This document shows, one piece after another, positions 41,359 to 51,422 of a stretch of 64,000 nt of DNA. Under the pieces are notes generated by a model. It saw only the letters and a list, made by a program, of their open reading frames with translations. It made no database searches and was not told where the DNA came from. Origin of the DNA: Myxococcales bacterium UBA4248. GTDB lineage: Bacteria > Myxococcota_A > Bradymonadia > UBA4248. A program made the position numbers and the translations under genes. Each line of letters opens with the position of its first letter. The stretch's first letter is position 1. The stretch is taken from contig DGWW01000147.1 in assembly GCA_002395385.1 (NCBI GenBank), positions 1,214-65,213 on the forward strand. The letters run 5' to 3'.

Positions 41359-43074
41359 ATGGCGGAGTATTTAAACTACAACGGCTCCAACGATAGCGGT
41401 GGAAAAAGTTCCAATTGGCTCATATTAATGGGGCTCATGATGCTCGCTTTCATCGTGATGCCTTATTTTATGCCCCAGCAAAAACCGGAATCCCTCCCCG
41501 AAAAAACACAAGATACTCAGGAAACCAAAGACGATTCCCTCGTCGTTTCTGTCAAATATCCCATCGAATCACGCGTCCTTGAAAGCGATCAATATCAAAT
41601 CACATGGACAAATGCTGGTGGCGGTCGAGTTCAGGATGTACTTATTAAAGATCCCGATCGCTATTTTGAACACGGCGATTTCATTCGCTCCCAAAAATCT
41701 GAAAATGAAAATCTCGGTGGAATCCTGCCGTTCCGAATGACATTGCCTGCCATGGGCGTGACTGCCGAAACACAGTTCCAAACGGCGTCCCCTGCCGACT
41801 CACATAACGAAGTCAAATACACATACGTCGATCCTGAGGGAAAATTCCAATTCGATAAGTCATTCTCGACCACGGATGTTCCTTATATCGTACACACTAA
41901 AATCGCTCTGACCAATCGGACAGATCAGGCCATCAGCGACAAACTCTCCATCGCTTTCTTTATTAAACAAATCAAAGGCGAAGAACCAGGACTGTTTACA
42001 CCAGGAGCTTATGTCGCCGCCAAATGCTATGCAGATGGCGATCTCGAATACGTCGACGCTACCGACAAAAACGAAACAGAATCCTACCAAAAATCACTTC
42101 AGTGGTTTGGTGTCGATGAATCCTATTATGCCATGATTATGATGACCAATTATGGCGGTTCATGCGAAATCAAAAATGAAGTTAAAAATGAAGAAAGCTT
42201 GCTCAGCAGTACTTATGCGCTGCCCCTCGTACTCAACCCCAATTCGACGACGACTTACGAATTCGATGTCTACATGGGGCCAAAAGAAGCCCGCTATTTG
42301 AGCGCTGCCGGCGAAGATCACAACCTGCCTGCCGTCATCGATTACGGCTGGATGGAAGTCCTGGCCAAACCCATGGCATGGATTCTCGATAAATTCCATG
42401 AACTCACCGGAAACTGGGGATTTGCCATCATCCTGCTCACCATTATCGTACGATTGCTCCTGTGGCCTATTGCACAAAAGAGCCAGCTTTCTATGATGCG
42501 CATGTCCAAAATTGCGCCGCTCATGCAGGAACTCCAGGAAAAATACAAAGACGATCCTCAGACACTGCAACAAAAACAGCTCGAACTCTACCAAAAACAG
42601 GGCATCAATCCCTTCGGCTGCCTGCCGCTCCTGCTGCAAATGCCGATATTCTTCGCGCTCTATCGCTGCATCTTCGTAACCGGCGGTCTCTACAAAGCCG
42701 ATTTCGTTTTCTGGATACACGATCTGTCCGCGCGCGATCCCTTCTTCATTCTCCCCATCCTCTGTGTTGCTCTCCTCATAGTTCAGCAACTCCTCACACC
42801 AACGGCCACCAAAAATAAACAGCAAAAAATCATGATGATCACGATGCCCGCTTTCTTCGGCCTCATGATGCTCTTCTTACCCGCTGGCCTTAATCTCTAC
42901 ATGTTCGTCAGTTCGCTCTTCTCCATGGGGCAAAGCTTCTACGTGCGCCATATCATCGCGCAGGAAGAAGGTGCAAAAGCCGTTGCCGCAGACGCCAATG
43001 GTGTCATCGACATCGAGCCATCCACACTCTCGAGCAAAGAAAGACGCGCCGCTAAAAGACGTGAAGAAAAGTAA
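41359..43074 (+). CDS. yidC: membrane protein insertase YidC
   Basis: GPKE, IDYGW, NWGFAIILLTIIVR, GCLPLLLQMPIFFALY, WIHDLS..DP. Confidence 0.96.
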   Translation: MAEYLNYNGSNDSGGKSSNWLILMGLMMLAFIVMPYFMPQQKPESLPEKTQDTQETKDDSLVVSVKYPIESRVLESDQYQITWTNAGGGRVQDVLIKDPDRYFEHGDFIRSQKSENENLGGILPFRMTLPAMGVTAETQFQTASPADSHNEVKYTYVDPEGKFQFDKSFSTTDVPYIVHTKIALTNRTDQAISDKLSIAFFIKQIKGEEPGLFTPGAYVAAKCYADGDLEYVDATDKNETESYQKSLQWFGVDESYYAMIMMTNYGGSCEIKNEVKNEESLLSSTYALPLVLNPNSTTTYEFDVYMGPKEARYLSAAGEDHNLPAVIDYGWMEVLAKPMAWILDKFHELTGNWGFAIILLTIIVRLLLWPIAQKSQLSMMRMSKIAPLMQELQEKYKDDPQTLQQKQLELYQKQGINPFGCLPLLLQMPIFFALYRCIFVTGGLYKADFVFWIHDLSARDPFFILPILCVALLIVQQLLTPTATKNKQQKIMMITMPAFFGLMMLFLPAGLNLYMFVSSLFSMGQSFYVRHIIAQEEGAKAVAADANGVIDIEPSTLSSKERRAAKRREEK

Positions 43075-43124
43075 TCTTTTCATTGCTGTACCGGTCCTTG
43101 CAGCCTGACGGCTGCTACGTCCTC

Positions 43125-43274
43125 GGGCCACGGCTATTTCGGCTTTACAAAGCCTCAATACGCCGCGGCTCTTTTTTTGTGGGGATTCACACCACAGTGT
43201 GATAAAAAGTGCGCTGTATCAGAAACGCTCAAGTTTCTGATAAGCGCACGCGAAGGGCGTATCGCAGATAGCCC
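43125..43274. repeat. two oppositely oriented bulged-hairpin elements
   Basis: gggccacggc-tatt...aata[c]gccgcggctc (43125-71); gtgcgct[g]tatcagaaac...gtttctgata-agcgcac (43209-49); gggc[g]tatc-gca-gata-gccc (43255-74). Confidence 0.8.
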
Positions 43275-43499
43275 GAAGCAATTAGCAATTATGGTTTTCG
43301 TAAGATTATTTCTAAAAACAGAATGAATCTGAAACTATGAATACAACTTTGTTTTATAGGTATTTCCATAGTTTTGCATTTCAATTGCGCATTGCGAATT
43401 CAAAAGCCAATTTTATGAGCTTTAGATTCAAACTTTAGTATGACACACCAATTGCGCATTATGACTTGCGCATAGCAAATTCATAAAGGAACTCCCAAT

Positions 43500-43982
43500 A
43501 TGATGGATTACATGTACGATGATTACGATGGCGACGTCGTTGACAGAGCGGCAGATTTTCTTGCAGATCTATTGTCCTATATGGGATTTGATGCAGAAAT
43601 TCACACGGAAGTCATCGACAACACAGCAGTGTTCGATATAATCGGCGATGACGTCAAATCTATTTCGCCAGCCATCGATCCATCTGTCGTCAATGCCCTC
43701 TCCTGGATCATTAAACGCGCAAGATTTATTCTCGGTTCTGGCTATCGCTTCGATATCGATGTCAATAGCTACCGCCTGGAGCGCGTCCATAAACTCGAAG
43801 GCGTCGCACAGGAAATGCACGACAAACTCGAAGGCGGACTCAATAAAATCACGTGTTTCGGCATGGATAATGTCGACAGACGTGCGCTCCACCTGCTGCT
43901 CAATGCAGACCCCATGGTCAAAACCGAATCCAACGGTTATGGCAATTTCCGCCATCTCGAAATATCTAAGAATGAGCAATAA
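43500..43982 (+). CDS. jag: Jag/KhpB-like RNA-binding protein (KH + R3H, short form)
   Basis: Position after yidC; IDVNSYR, DRRALH..L, TESNG.G..RH. Confidence 0.8.
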   Translation: MMDYMYDDYDGDVVDRAADFLADLLSYMGFDAEIHTEVIDNTAVFDIIGDDVKSISPAIDPSVVNALSWIIKRARFILGSGYRFDIDVNSYRLERVHKLEGVAQEMHDKLEGGLNKITCFGMDNVDRRALHLLLNADPMVKTESNGYGNFRHLEISKNEQ

Positions 43983-43987
43983 CCGCC

Positions 43988-44344
43988 ATGGCCAGGAAAT
44001 CCAACGATTGGCACGACGAACCCGCTGCGATGCAATCCCCCTTCGGGATGCTTGCTCAGCTCAAAAAAACGAGCGATACAGACGCTCCATCTGCACCCAC
44101 GGCAGTCCAAACCACATCAACTGCCGTCCTGCCTAAAGTAAAATCCACCCGAATCGAACGTGCACAAAGAAGCGGCAAAACCGTGACAGTTGTCAGTTTC
44201 CAGGGTAACCCTACTGACGAAGCAAAACAATCATGGCTTAAAATGGCCAAAACCAAGCTCGGTGTCGGCGGATCCGTCGAAGATGATCATGTGATTTTAC
44301 AGGGCGATCAAAGAGAAAGGTTATGCTCGATTTCAGAAAAATGA
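43988..44344 (+). CDS. SUI1-family translation initiation factor (YciH-like)
   Basis: GKTVTVV...K..LGVGGSV...ILQGDQR. Confidence 0.88.
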   Translation: MARKSNDWHDEPAAMQSPFGMLAQLKKTSDTDAPSAPTAVQTTSTAVLPKVKSTRIERAQRSGKTVTVVSFQGNPTDEAKQSWLKMAKTKLGVGGSVEDDHVILQGDQRERLCSISEK

Positions 44345-44958
44345 AATTCGCGACAAGTGCCGCTTCATACAAGCAATTCCCGACAAATCGCCACCCAGAA
44401 GTGGCTATCGTCGGGCGATCCAATGTCGGGAAATCCTCACTTCTCAATATGCTGTGTGAACATAAGCAGCTTGCCAGAGTGAGCAAAACCCCGGGGCGCA
44501 CACAGCTCGTCAATTTTTTTGATATCGAAGACAAAGCTTACATCGTCGATTTACCTGGATATGGCTATGCCGATGTCCCCGAAAGCATCCAATCCAAGTG
44601 GGATGACATGATGCACGAATATCTCGCCGGACGTGAACAGCTGCTCGGCTTGCTCCTGCTGCTCGATGTGCGCAGATCACCCTCTGAACATGATCACCTC
44701 ATGTTCGATTGGTGCATGGAACGCGGTCTGCCTGTCCTCCTCATATTGACCAAAGTCGACAAAGTCGGCAAAAATGAAGCCTATAATCAGCTCCATAAAA
44801 TTGCAAAGGCATTCGATACATCCCCAAAACAGCTCATTTCAACTTCGACACTCAAACGCATTGGGCTCGAAGCATTGCGCGAATCTCTCAATGACCTGTT
44901 TGATGATTTCTTTGCAATCCAAAAAGAAATTGATATTGCCACGCAAGATAATCCATAA
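44323..44958 (+). CDS. engB: ribosome biogenesis GTPase EngB/YihA/YsxC
   Basis: GRSNVGKSSLLN, SKTPGRTQ, DLPGYGYA, TKVDK. Confidence 0.96.
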   Translation: MLDFRKMKFATSAASYKQFPTNRHPEVAIVGRSNVGKSSLLNMLCEHKQLARVSKTPGRTQLVNFFDIEDKAYIVDLPGYGYADVPESIQSKWDDMMHEYLAGREQLLGLLLLLDVRRSPSEHDHLMFDWCMERGLPVLLILTKVDKVGKNEAYNQLHKIAKAFDTSPKQLISTSTLKRIGLEALRESLNDLFDDFFAIQKEIDIATQDNP

Positions 44959-44985
44959 CCATACGTGCCAAGATAAGTGGGCGAA

Positions 44986-45201
44986 TTACCAATAACTTGC
45001 TGTAGCTTCGCTCGCCTGCTCCCGGGTCAGATTGTACTTTTCAATGAGATAATCTATGGTTTCTGAGCGCGTTTTCCCAAAATCTTTGCAAGCACGAATT
45101 GCTGAGACTTTCTCACCGTTCTCAAAACCGACTTTCTCACCGTTTTCAAAGCCTTCGGCTTTTATCTGACTGACCCATTTATCCCAGATTTCGCACATCA
45201 T
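44986..45201 (-). CDS. stand-alone duplicate of the Rpn C-terminal 71 aa
   Basis: Near-identical to 45224-45439; has its own GGAGA RBS and ATG. Confidence 0.7.
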   Translation of the reverse strand: MMCEIWDKWVSQIKAEGFENGEKVGFENGEKVSAIRACKDFGKTRSETIDYLIEKYNLTREQASEATASYW

Positions 45202-45223
45202 CGTTTCTCCAAACGGCTAACAA

Positions 45224-46129
45224 CTACCAATAAGACGCCATAGCGTCGCTCGCCTGCTCCCGGGTCAGATTGTACTTTTCAATGAGATAATCTATGGTTT
45301 CTGAACGCGTTTTCCCAAAATCTTTGCAAGCACGAATTGCTGAGACTTTCTCACCGTTCTCAAAACCGACTTTCTCACCGTTTTCAAAGCCTTCGGCTTT
45401 TATCTGACTGACCCATTTATCCCAAATTTCGCACATCATCGTTTCTCCCGATTTAAAATCACTGATATCTAAGTTTTTTAAAGCCTCATCTCCTGTCAGT
45501 GATGCAAATAGTGCAAGCATTTCATCGATGTATTTGACTGGCTGTGCAATGCCCGTAATTTTGCCAGTCTCACGTATTTCACACAATACTTCGACCAAAA
45601 TCCTAAAATCCCCGGTCAGTAACGCTCTTTGCGAAGGCGCCAACCAAGCGAGATTTGTCACATCTATTTTATAATCCTGAAAAAAATCTGCAAGCTCTGC
45701 TGGCAGATTTACCAAATCCTTTAATGAAAATGGCCACTGCCACTTCTGACGATAACTGTAATTTAAAACATGCGAAAAAACAGGCGCTATCCTGATGTTC
45801 TGATTGATATGTTCAATGTGATTCAATTGATAGCGATATCTTGAAAAATCATATCCCATCATTCGAATCGGCATGCCAATATCAACAGACATCTGATTTT
45901 CTAAACCACATACAATCAACCCCAGCATAAATCCGTCGTATATTTTTACAACATCGCGCCGGAGTTCTTCTGGTTTGCTATTTTCAATATGCTCATACTC
46001 TGTGGCAGCTTCGTGCAAATGTCCCGGGTCAAGATGTATTTTGTTTTTGAGTGCAAATACGCTGAATACCTCGGCAAACTCATCATTATGATCGAGAAGC
46101 ATCTTTTGTGCTTTATCGAACGCCCCCAT
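45224..46129 (-). CDS. Rpn/YhgA-like recombination-promoting nuclease (putative transposase family)
   Basis: RRDVVK, GLENQ...D..MP.R...YD...Y..Q, FFQDYKI, E/G-rich C-terminus; AGGAGG RBS; low GC. Confidence 0.8.
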   Translation of the reverse strand: MGAFDKAQKMLLDHNDEFAEVFSVFALKNKIHLDPGHLHEAATEYEHIENSKPEELRRDVVKIYDGFMLGLIVCGLENQMSVDIGMPIRMMGYDFSRYRYQLNHIEHINQNIRIAPVFSHVLNYSYRQKWQWPFSLKDLVNLPAELADFFQDYKIDVTNLAWLAPSQRALLTGDFRILVEVLCEIRETGKITGIAQPVKYIDEMLALFASLTGDEALKNLDISDFKSGETMMCEIWDKWVSQIKAEGFENGEKVGFENGEKVSAIRACKDFGKTRSETIDYLIEKYNLTREQASDAMASYW

Positions 46130-46280
46130 TCATCCTCCTGTAATATCACAAGGATCTATTTAACGAATGTGGATATTCGTTTTCACAGATTACTTCCATT
46201 CTAGTGTTTAATTGCATAAATCATAGATATTATTGTCAAAAGAAGCCTGTAGGGCTTCAAGGTAAGTAGCCCACATTAAT

Positions 46281-46341
46281 GTCCCCCTCGCCATTTATGG
46301 AGAGGAGGAATGTCTGCCGCAGGCTGACAAGGGGGTGAGGT
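46281..46341. repeat. REP-like palindromic remnant (CCCCTC...GAGAGG...GGGGTGAGG type)
   Basis: tccccctcgccatttatggagaggagg...gggggtgagg. Confidence 0.35.
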
Positions 46342-46522
46342 CTGACTACCGCAGGAACAATGGAATCCCCCAAAATCGAACTCCGTAGGCGTTCCACAAA
46401 TTATCTCTTACTTTTGCAATTAAACACCAGCTTAGAGCTTAGAGAATGGGTTGACTACTCCAAGCTCAAAGTTCAAAAGTCATCAGAATTCTGGTAATAC
46501 AGAATCAATATCAATAATCTGA

Positions 46523-46897
46523 TTAATACGGAAATGCCTCATCAAGCTGCTGATCATCTGCGTCATGATTAGCATTGGGGGATCTGCGGCTCGATAAGAA
46601 TGTTATTTTTTCCGCAATAATAGATTGGAAATAGCGTTTTTGACCGTCTTTTTCATAAGCCCGATTATCAATGCGCCCCTCGATACAGCATAAGTCGCCC
46701 TTGTGGAGATGATTGTGACACAAAATGGCCTGTTTGCCAAAAGCACAGATACGATGCCATTGAACTTCTTCTTTCCCGTCCCGGAACGTAGAATTACTCA
46801 GATTAAAATTGACATATTCTGTCTTTTTCCCCTGATTTAATTCGGGATCACGAGCGAGTCGACCAATGATAATTGTTTTGTTATAAGTATTTGCCAT
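46523..46897 (-). CDS. ssb: single-stranded DNA-binding protein (short, 124 aa)
   Basis: NKTIIIGRLARDPEL, QWHRICAFGKQA, KGDLCCIEGRI; acidic tail DEAFPY; AAGGA RBS. Confidence 0.92.
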   Translation of the reverse strand: MANTYNKTIIIGRLARDPELNQGKKTEYVNFNLSNSTFRDGKEEVQWHRICAFGKQAILCHNHLHKGDLCCIEGRIDNRAYEKDGQKRYFQSIIAEKITFLSSRRSPNANHDADDQQLDEAFPY

Positions 46898-47303
46898 AAT
46901 CGTATCCTTGTAAAATGCTGGGTATAAATGAAATATAATTAGCGACAAATCCTCAGGTTTTTCTTGTTGCCGAAATACCAATCATTGATATCGGCATATC
47001 CAGAATGAGCCCTGCTAATGATACTCAGACGACTTATACGAATTATTGAATGTCAGGGAGAGTCTCTCATTTTTGTACACATATTCTATTCCTCCAGAAA
47101 AACATCTTTTTTTTTGCATAAAAACATCGGCCGAACGAGGACATGAAATACCAATGACAAGTGATTACAACTCATTTTTTGAGTTCTGAATGCTTCATAA
47201 CCATCGTCCATAGGATATTGAATGCAGATATCCATCCGCCTGAACTGCAGACACATTTGTGTCCCGACGTCGATGCAGCCTTGCGAAATTCTTTTCACCC
47301 TAT

Positions 47304-47331
47304 ATATGGGCAATTTTTACAAAAAACGGCC
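47304..47331 (-). promoter_or_regulatory. GGCC-N16-GCCCATAT motif
   Basis: atatgggcaatttttacaaaaaacggcc, nearly identical to the copy at 24196. Confidence 0.6.
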
Positions 47332-47477
47332 AAAAAAAATGCATTTTTTTCATTTTTTTTTCGCCGAAAGAATTGAGACCGACGAAATCAAATCCACAAT
47401 GGCATATCGCGCATTGCGAATTGCGAATTCAGACAATTTGGGTTATGCTGTAAGCGTTTGTTCTGCGAGGTAAACCG

Positions 47478-48239
47478 ATGGATCAAAAACAGCAACAATC
47501 AAATCAAGACAACTACAATTCCAATTACGATATTCTCGATGGTTCGGCAGACCGGAACCAACCCAAAGAATCAGAAGTCGTTCGGGCAATTGAGCGCGAC
47601 ATTTCGCTGCAGGAATACGAAAACGACAAAGAGTATATTCTTCAGGCAATAAAAGATTACCTCAAGGAACGCAAATATGACGACGCCCAAGAGCTCGTCT
47701 ACAAATACCGCGCAGCGGCCAAAACAGATGAAAATTTTGCAGTCCTCGCGCGCCTCACAGCTCAGGGACTCGAAGCGCACTCTAAGTTCGAAAAAATCGA
47801 TACGGTGCTCGATGCCACGCCCGATGACGATTACCAGACACGCATATCACTGTGCAAACGCGCACTCAAAGTTGAGCCGGGCAATGAAAAATACAAGCAG
47901 GAACTGGAGCGATGCCAACGCGCACTCGGCATTCAGCCGACTCAGAATAAAGCCACCAGCACCCAGTCATCCGCGGATTCAAATCAGTTATTTACGCCTT
48001 CGGCAAAAGCATGGGCCATCGCAAGCGCCCTGTGGACAGGATTATCAACCTGCTTCTTCTTTAGTGAATACGGTTTTCTTTCTGGCTGCCTCGGAATCGC
48101 CCTAATTGTTGCCAACACCTGGCTCTATTCGAACCATCCATCCTCACCGATTCGACAACTTGGTACCGTCGGCAAAGTTCTCGTCAATATTGGCGTGTGG
48201 TGCCTGGCCTTTATCATCATTGCGCTTGTGAGCGTATAA
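47478..48239 (+). CDS. hypothetical membrane protein (TPR-like N-half, 3 C-terminal TM segments)
   Basis: GAGG RBS; CKRALKVEPGNEKY TPR-like motif; hydrophobic C-terminus. Confidence 0.75.
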   Translation: MDQKQQQSNQDNYNSNYDILDGSADRNQPKESEVVRAIERDISLQEYENDKEYILQAIKDYLKERKYDDAQELVYKYRAAAKTDENFAVLARLTAQGLEAHSKFEKIDTVLDATPDDDYQTRISLCKRALKVEPGNEKYKQELERCQRALGIQPTQNKATSTQSSADSNQLFTPSAKAWAIASALWTGLSTCFFFSEYGFLSGCLGIALIVANTWLYSNHPSSPIRQLGTVGKVLVNIGVWCLAFIIIALVSV

Positions 48240-48249
48240 CCGGATGGAT

Positions 48250-48322
48250 GCGCACAGCTATTGGCCTTGCGGCCAATACGCCCCGCGCGCTTTGGCTATT
48301 GCCTGCAGCAATACGCCAAAGC
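48250..48322 (-). repeat. tandem bulged-hairpin element
   Basis: gc-tattggcc-ttgc-ggccaata[c]gc; gctttggc-tattgc-ctgca-gcaata[c]gccaaagc. Confidence 0.88.
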
Positions 48323-48323
48323 C

Positions 48324-49136
48324 CTATTTTTCTGATTTACCGTTCCGAATGCGATCGATAAAATCACAGGTAATTTCAAAAACTGCAGCAGCCTGACAAT
48401 CTTGTCCTAGCTCATGTCCCGAACGTTTCAGCGTATGCATCTCGCAGTAACTGCTGCCTGCTTTTTTAAAGAGCATGCGCGAAGTCGAATAAGTCACAAC
48501 CTGGTCGCGCTTTGAATGTATAATGCACAGGGGTACTTTGACATCCGAAACGAGCATGCGCGACTTGGCTGCATAGTCATAAAGCTCGACGAAAGCTCTG
48601 GTGGGAAAATACTTATAATTTTGGTTCTTTTTCCGGCATTCATCATCCCGAAAGCTTTCCTGCCCCTTCCAATATTTCGAAAAAAAGGCGATAACTTTCG
48701 AGAAGCCTGCCAGTTTGTTCACGAATCCAAGAGCGGCTGCCCAGGTGATGCAGGCACAAATCTTATCGTGATAGGGATGGGCAAGCGCGCAAAGATTAAG
48801 TGCAACCAGTCCGCCCATAGAGAATCCAATGACAACAACGCGATCGACACGTTCACAGAGCGTGCCAAGGGCTTTGAGTGCATCATCGTACCAATCCTGA
48901 GCTTTCACGCCTATTAATGCTTCTGGTGTCGCATTATGCCCGCGAAGGATAGGCATTTCATAGGGTATATTCATCTCTTCAAACTTGGGCAGAATATCCT
49001 GGATACTCGCTGGCGCCGAAGTAAACCCATGCAATAGGAGAACCCCAAGTTTTTCGATTTTGGAATCTGGAAAAGTACCTCGCTTCTCAAATACCGCAGT
49101 ATCTTTTGAGCCATTTAGCTCATGTGTGGCTTGCAT
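48324..49136 (-). CDS. alpha/beta hydrolase (carboxylesterase-like)
   Basis: LLLHGFTS, GFSMGG, HSKRDQVV, RSGH. Confidence 0.9.
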   Translation of the reverse strand: MQATHELNGSKDTAVFEKRGTFPDSKIEKLGVLLLHGFTSAPASIQDILPKFEEMNIPYEMPILRGHNATPEALIGVKAQDWYDDALKALGTLCERVDRVVVIGFSMGGLVALNLCALAHPYHDKICACITWAAALGFVNKLAGFSKVIAFFSKYWKGQESFRDDECRKKNQNYKYFPTRAFVELYDYAAKSRMLVSDVKVPLCIIHSKRDQVVTYSTSRMLFKKAGSSYCEMHTLKRSGHELGQDCQAAAVFEITCDFIDRIRNGKSEK

Positions 49137-49239
49137 GAAACCTCCATTATGTATTAGTATATTGATAAATACAGACTGGTTAAGCCTGTAATGTTCATAT
49201 ACAGGTTACCGTTCAGTCTTCCAAGAAGGATCCGGACGC

Positions 49240-51408
49240 ATGGCAAAGAAAAAATCAGTTTCAAAAGCAGAAGCTTCAAAAACCCCTAATGTTCAAACAG
49301 AATCAACTGAACAAGCCCCAATCGTTCAGGCAGAAACGACTGAACAAGCTCCGATCGGCCAGGCAGAATGCACTGAACAGACGACAGACATCCAGACAGA
49401 AATATCAGCACCCGTTGAATTAGAGAAAACAGAAATTCTCAGTCCTTTGGACACGCTAACAGAAAATACGCCACACGAAGAATCCGGGCACCTTCATTCG
49501 ACGGGGGAATTTTCAGTCGAAGGAGAACTGGAAGATTCCCAGGTATTGGCGCGCCTGAGAGCAGTTGCTTTAACACCATCCGAAATCTATCGGGAAGCGC
49601 AGCTGTTTCAAGCACAGAAATTGGATATTTGCGCACTTTTACAAAGCAGCGAACCCATTCTCGTACAAAATGTGGTGGATATTCTGAGAATGCTCGGCAT
49701 CTGGAACAGCATGGCTTTCAGGCATATTGCCGATGATGATTCCCGGACTGTCGAATGTGTAACGCGCTATATTTCTCATTGTTTTAAAAACGGCCTTGTC
49801 AGTGCCATGGATGTCGCCGATGCACTGTCCCCCATCAAAGATGACAATGCGGCAGCGGTATCTTCATTTGCAGAAAAATTCTCTTCCGTACTTCTGAATG
49901 CCATCTCACAGACCCAAAGACCAGACCAACTTGCGGATGTCATGCCGGCTTTCACCCGACTGTGTGTATATTTGGATGGCAAGACGATCAGCCGTTTGCT
50001 CTACGATCCATTGCCAAGTGTACGCATTGCCGTTCTTCGCAGCTTTGTACTTCGGGGCACGATTGATACCAATGACCTGAGTGTTGCGCTCATATTGCTC
50101 AAAGACAAAGACGAGCAGGTCAATATTGCAGTCATGCGCATGATTTCCCGTTTTGCGGTTTACCCGGAACTCGTCATTCCACAGATTCTTCCCTATGTTC
50201 CAGAAGCCTGCGAAGAATTCCTGAACGAAATTCTGGACGTATTCCGCAGCTACGGCAATGCTGCCGTCGAGCCACTCATCATGTCACTTGCCGACCCACG
50301 GGAAGAAATTTTCCAGGCAGCACGCATCATCATAGCGCAAATGCCGCAGCGTTTTACCGAAGGTTTGTTAAAAGCCTTTATCAGTGTGCGGACGAGAGAG
50401 CTCGTCAAAGAGCGAATTATCCAAATTTTGCGGGAGCATCGCGATCCAGGGCGTCGCGAAGAAATTCTTCAGACGCTGAGTGCCTATCTGGATGCCCCAA
50501 ACGATGACTATCCCGAATGGAAGGCACCGGACACGCGCGTCAAATTCATTCCCAAAGCAGTCGATAATGATGATGTTTATCAGCGTATTTTGGGCGAGGA
50601 TGAACTTCCTGCACTTTCGGAAGTCTGTACCGATGAGGTGCTTGGCCGTCTGCTCGGGGATGCGGAAGATTTTGCGAGAATCAATGCATTGAATGTCATT
50701 CGTTACCGGAAAGAGGCTTCACCGGCAATTCAGTTTGAAATGCTCGTCTGGCTCAAATCTTCATCGCCCGACCTTGCCAGAGCCGCACTCGATGCCTATC
50801 TTTCGGTCGAAAAAGACACCGATAAATCGATCGCCGTCATTCTGGGTGCATTCGAGCATGGAGAAAACGACGAAATCAAGAAAAGCTATTTCAATATATT
50901 GCTCCAACATCAGGATGCCATTGATGCACTGATACGTGCCTACTACCAAACCCCAAAGAAATGCGCCAATTTCATCATAAAATTCCTGGCCATTGGTCCG
51001 AGCGAGGCCACCTTTAAGGGTATTTTAGCAGGCATTGAACGCGACAAATCGGTTGCTTGTATCTCAGAGACCCTGAACGCACTCATGCGGACGAAACACC
51101 AGTTCAATGACAAGGCAATCCGTCCCGATTTAATTCGGCTCATTCGGGAACCCCTTTCCTATGGTCATTATGGTTTTATGACGCGTTTGCTCAGTCTCAA
51201 ACTCCTGCAGCTCTATCTCACCCGGGATGAAGAGAGGGACCAGGAAACCATCAGCCAACTGCAGGCTTTTTACAAAGAATGCAAGAATTCAGACCTTAAG
51301 ACATTAACCAAGACTATTCTTAAGGATATGGGCGAAGAAATCTTTGATTTCGACGATGAAGAGGATGATTTTGAAGATTTAAGAGAAGAAGACGAGGATG
51401 ACGAATAA
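49240..51408 (+). CDS. HEAT-repeat protein with acidic tail
   Basis: LLYDPLPSVRIAVL, LLKDKDEQVNIAV, LLGDAEDFARINAL; short 11-aa N-terminal repeats. Confidence 0.8.
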   Translation: MAKKKSVSKAEASKTPNVQTESTEQAPIVQAETTEQAPIGQAECTEQTTDIQTEISAPVELEKTEILSPLDTLTENTPHEESGHLHSTGEFSVEGELEDSQVLARLRAVALTPSEIYREAQLFQAQKLDICALLQSSEPILVQNVVDILRMLGIWNSMAFRHIADDDSRTVECVTRYISHCFKNGLVSAMDVADALSPIKDDNAAAVSSFAEKFSSVLLNAISQTQRPDQLADVMPAFTRLCVYLDGKTISRLLYDPLPSVRIAVLRSFVLRGTIDTNDLSVALILLKDKDEQVNIAVMRMISRFAVYPELVIPQILPYVPEACEEFLNEILDVFRSYGNAAVEPLIMSLADPREEIFQAARIIIAQMPQRFTEGLLKAFISVRTRELVKERIIQILREHRDPGRREEILQTLSAYLDAPNDDYPEWKAPDTRVKFIPKAVDNDDVYQRILGEDELPALSEVCTDEVLGRLLGDAEDFARINALNVIRYRKEASPAIQFEMLVWLKSSSPDLARAALDAYLSVEKDTDKSIAVILGAFEHGENDEIKKSYFNILLQHQDAIDALIRAYYQTPKKCANFIIKFLAIGPSEATFKGILAGIERDKSVACISETLNALMRTKHQFNDKAIRPDLIRLIREPLSYGHYGFMTRLLSLKLLQLYLTRDEERDQETISQLQAFYKECKNSDLKTLTKTILKDMGEEIFDFDDEEDDFEDLREEDEDDE

Positions 51409-51422
51409 AGGAGTGATATGTC

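Noticed and set aside
47000-47070. Possible fluoride riboswitch, hammerhead or pistol ribozyme (gctaatgatactc / gtcgtctgag)
   Set aside because: Only short fragments match; the required partner motifs and stems are absent.
47086-47313. 75-aa minus-strand ORF upstream of ssb
   Set aside because: Start lies inside the promoter motif and there is no recognisable domain; a shorter peptide cannot be excluded.
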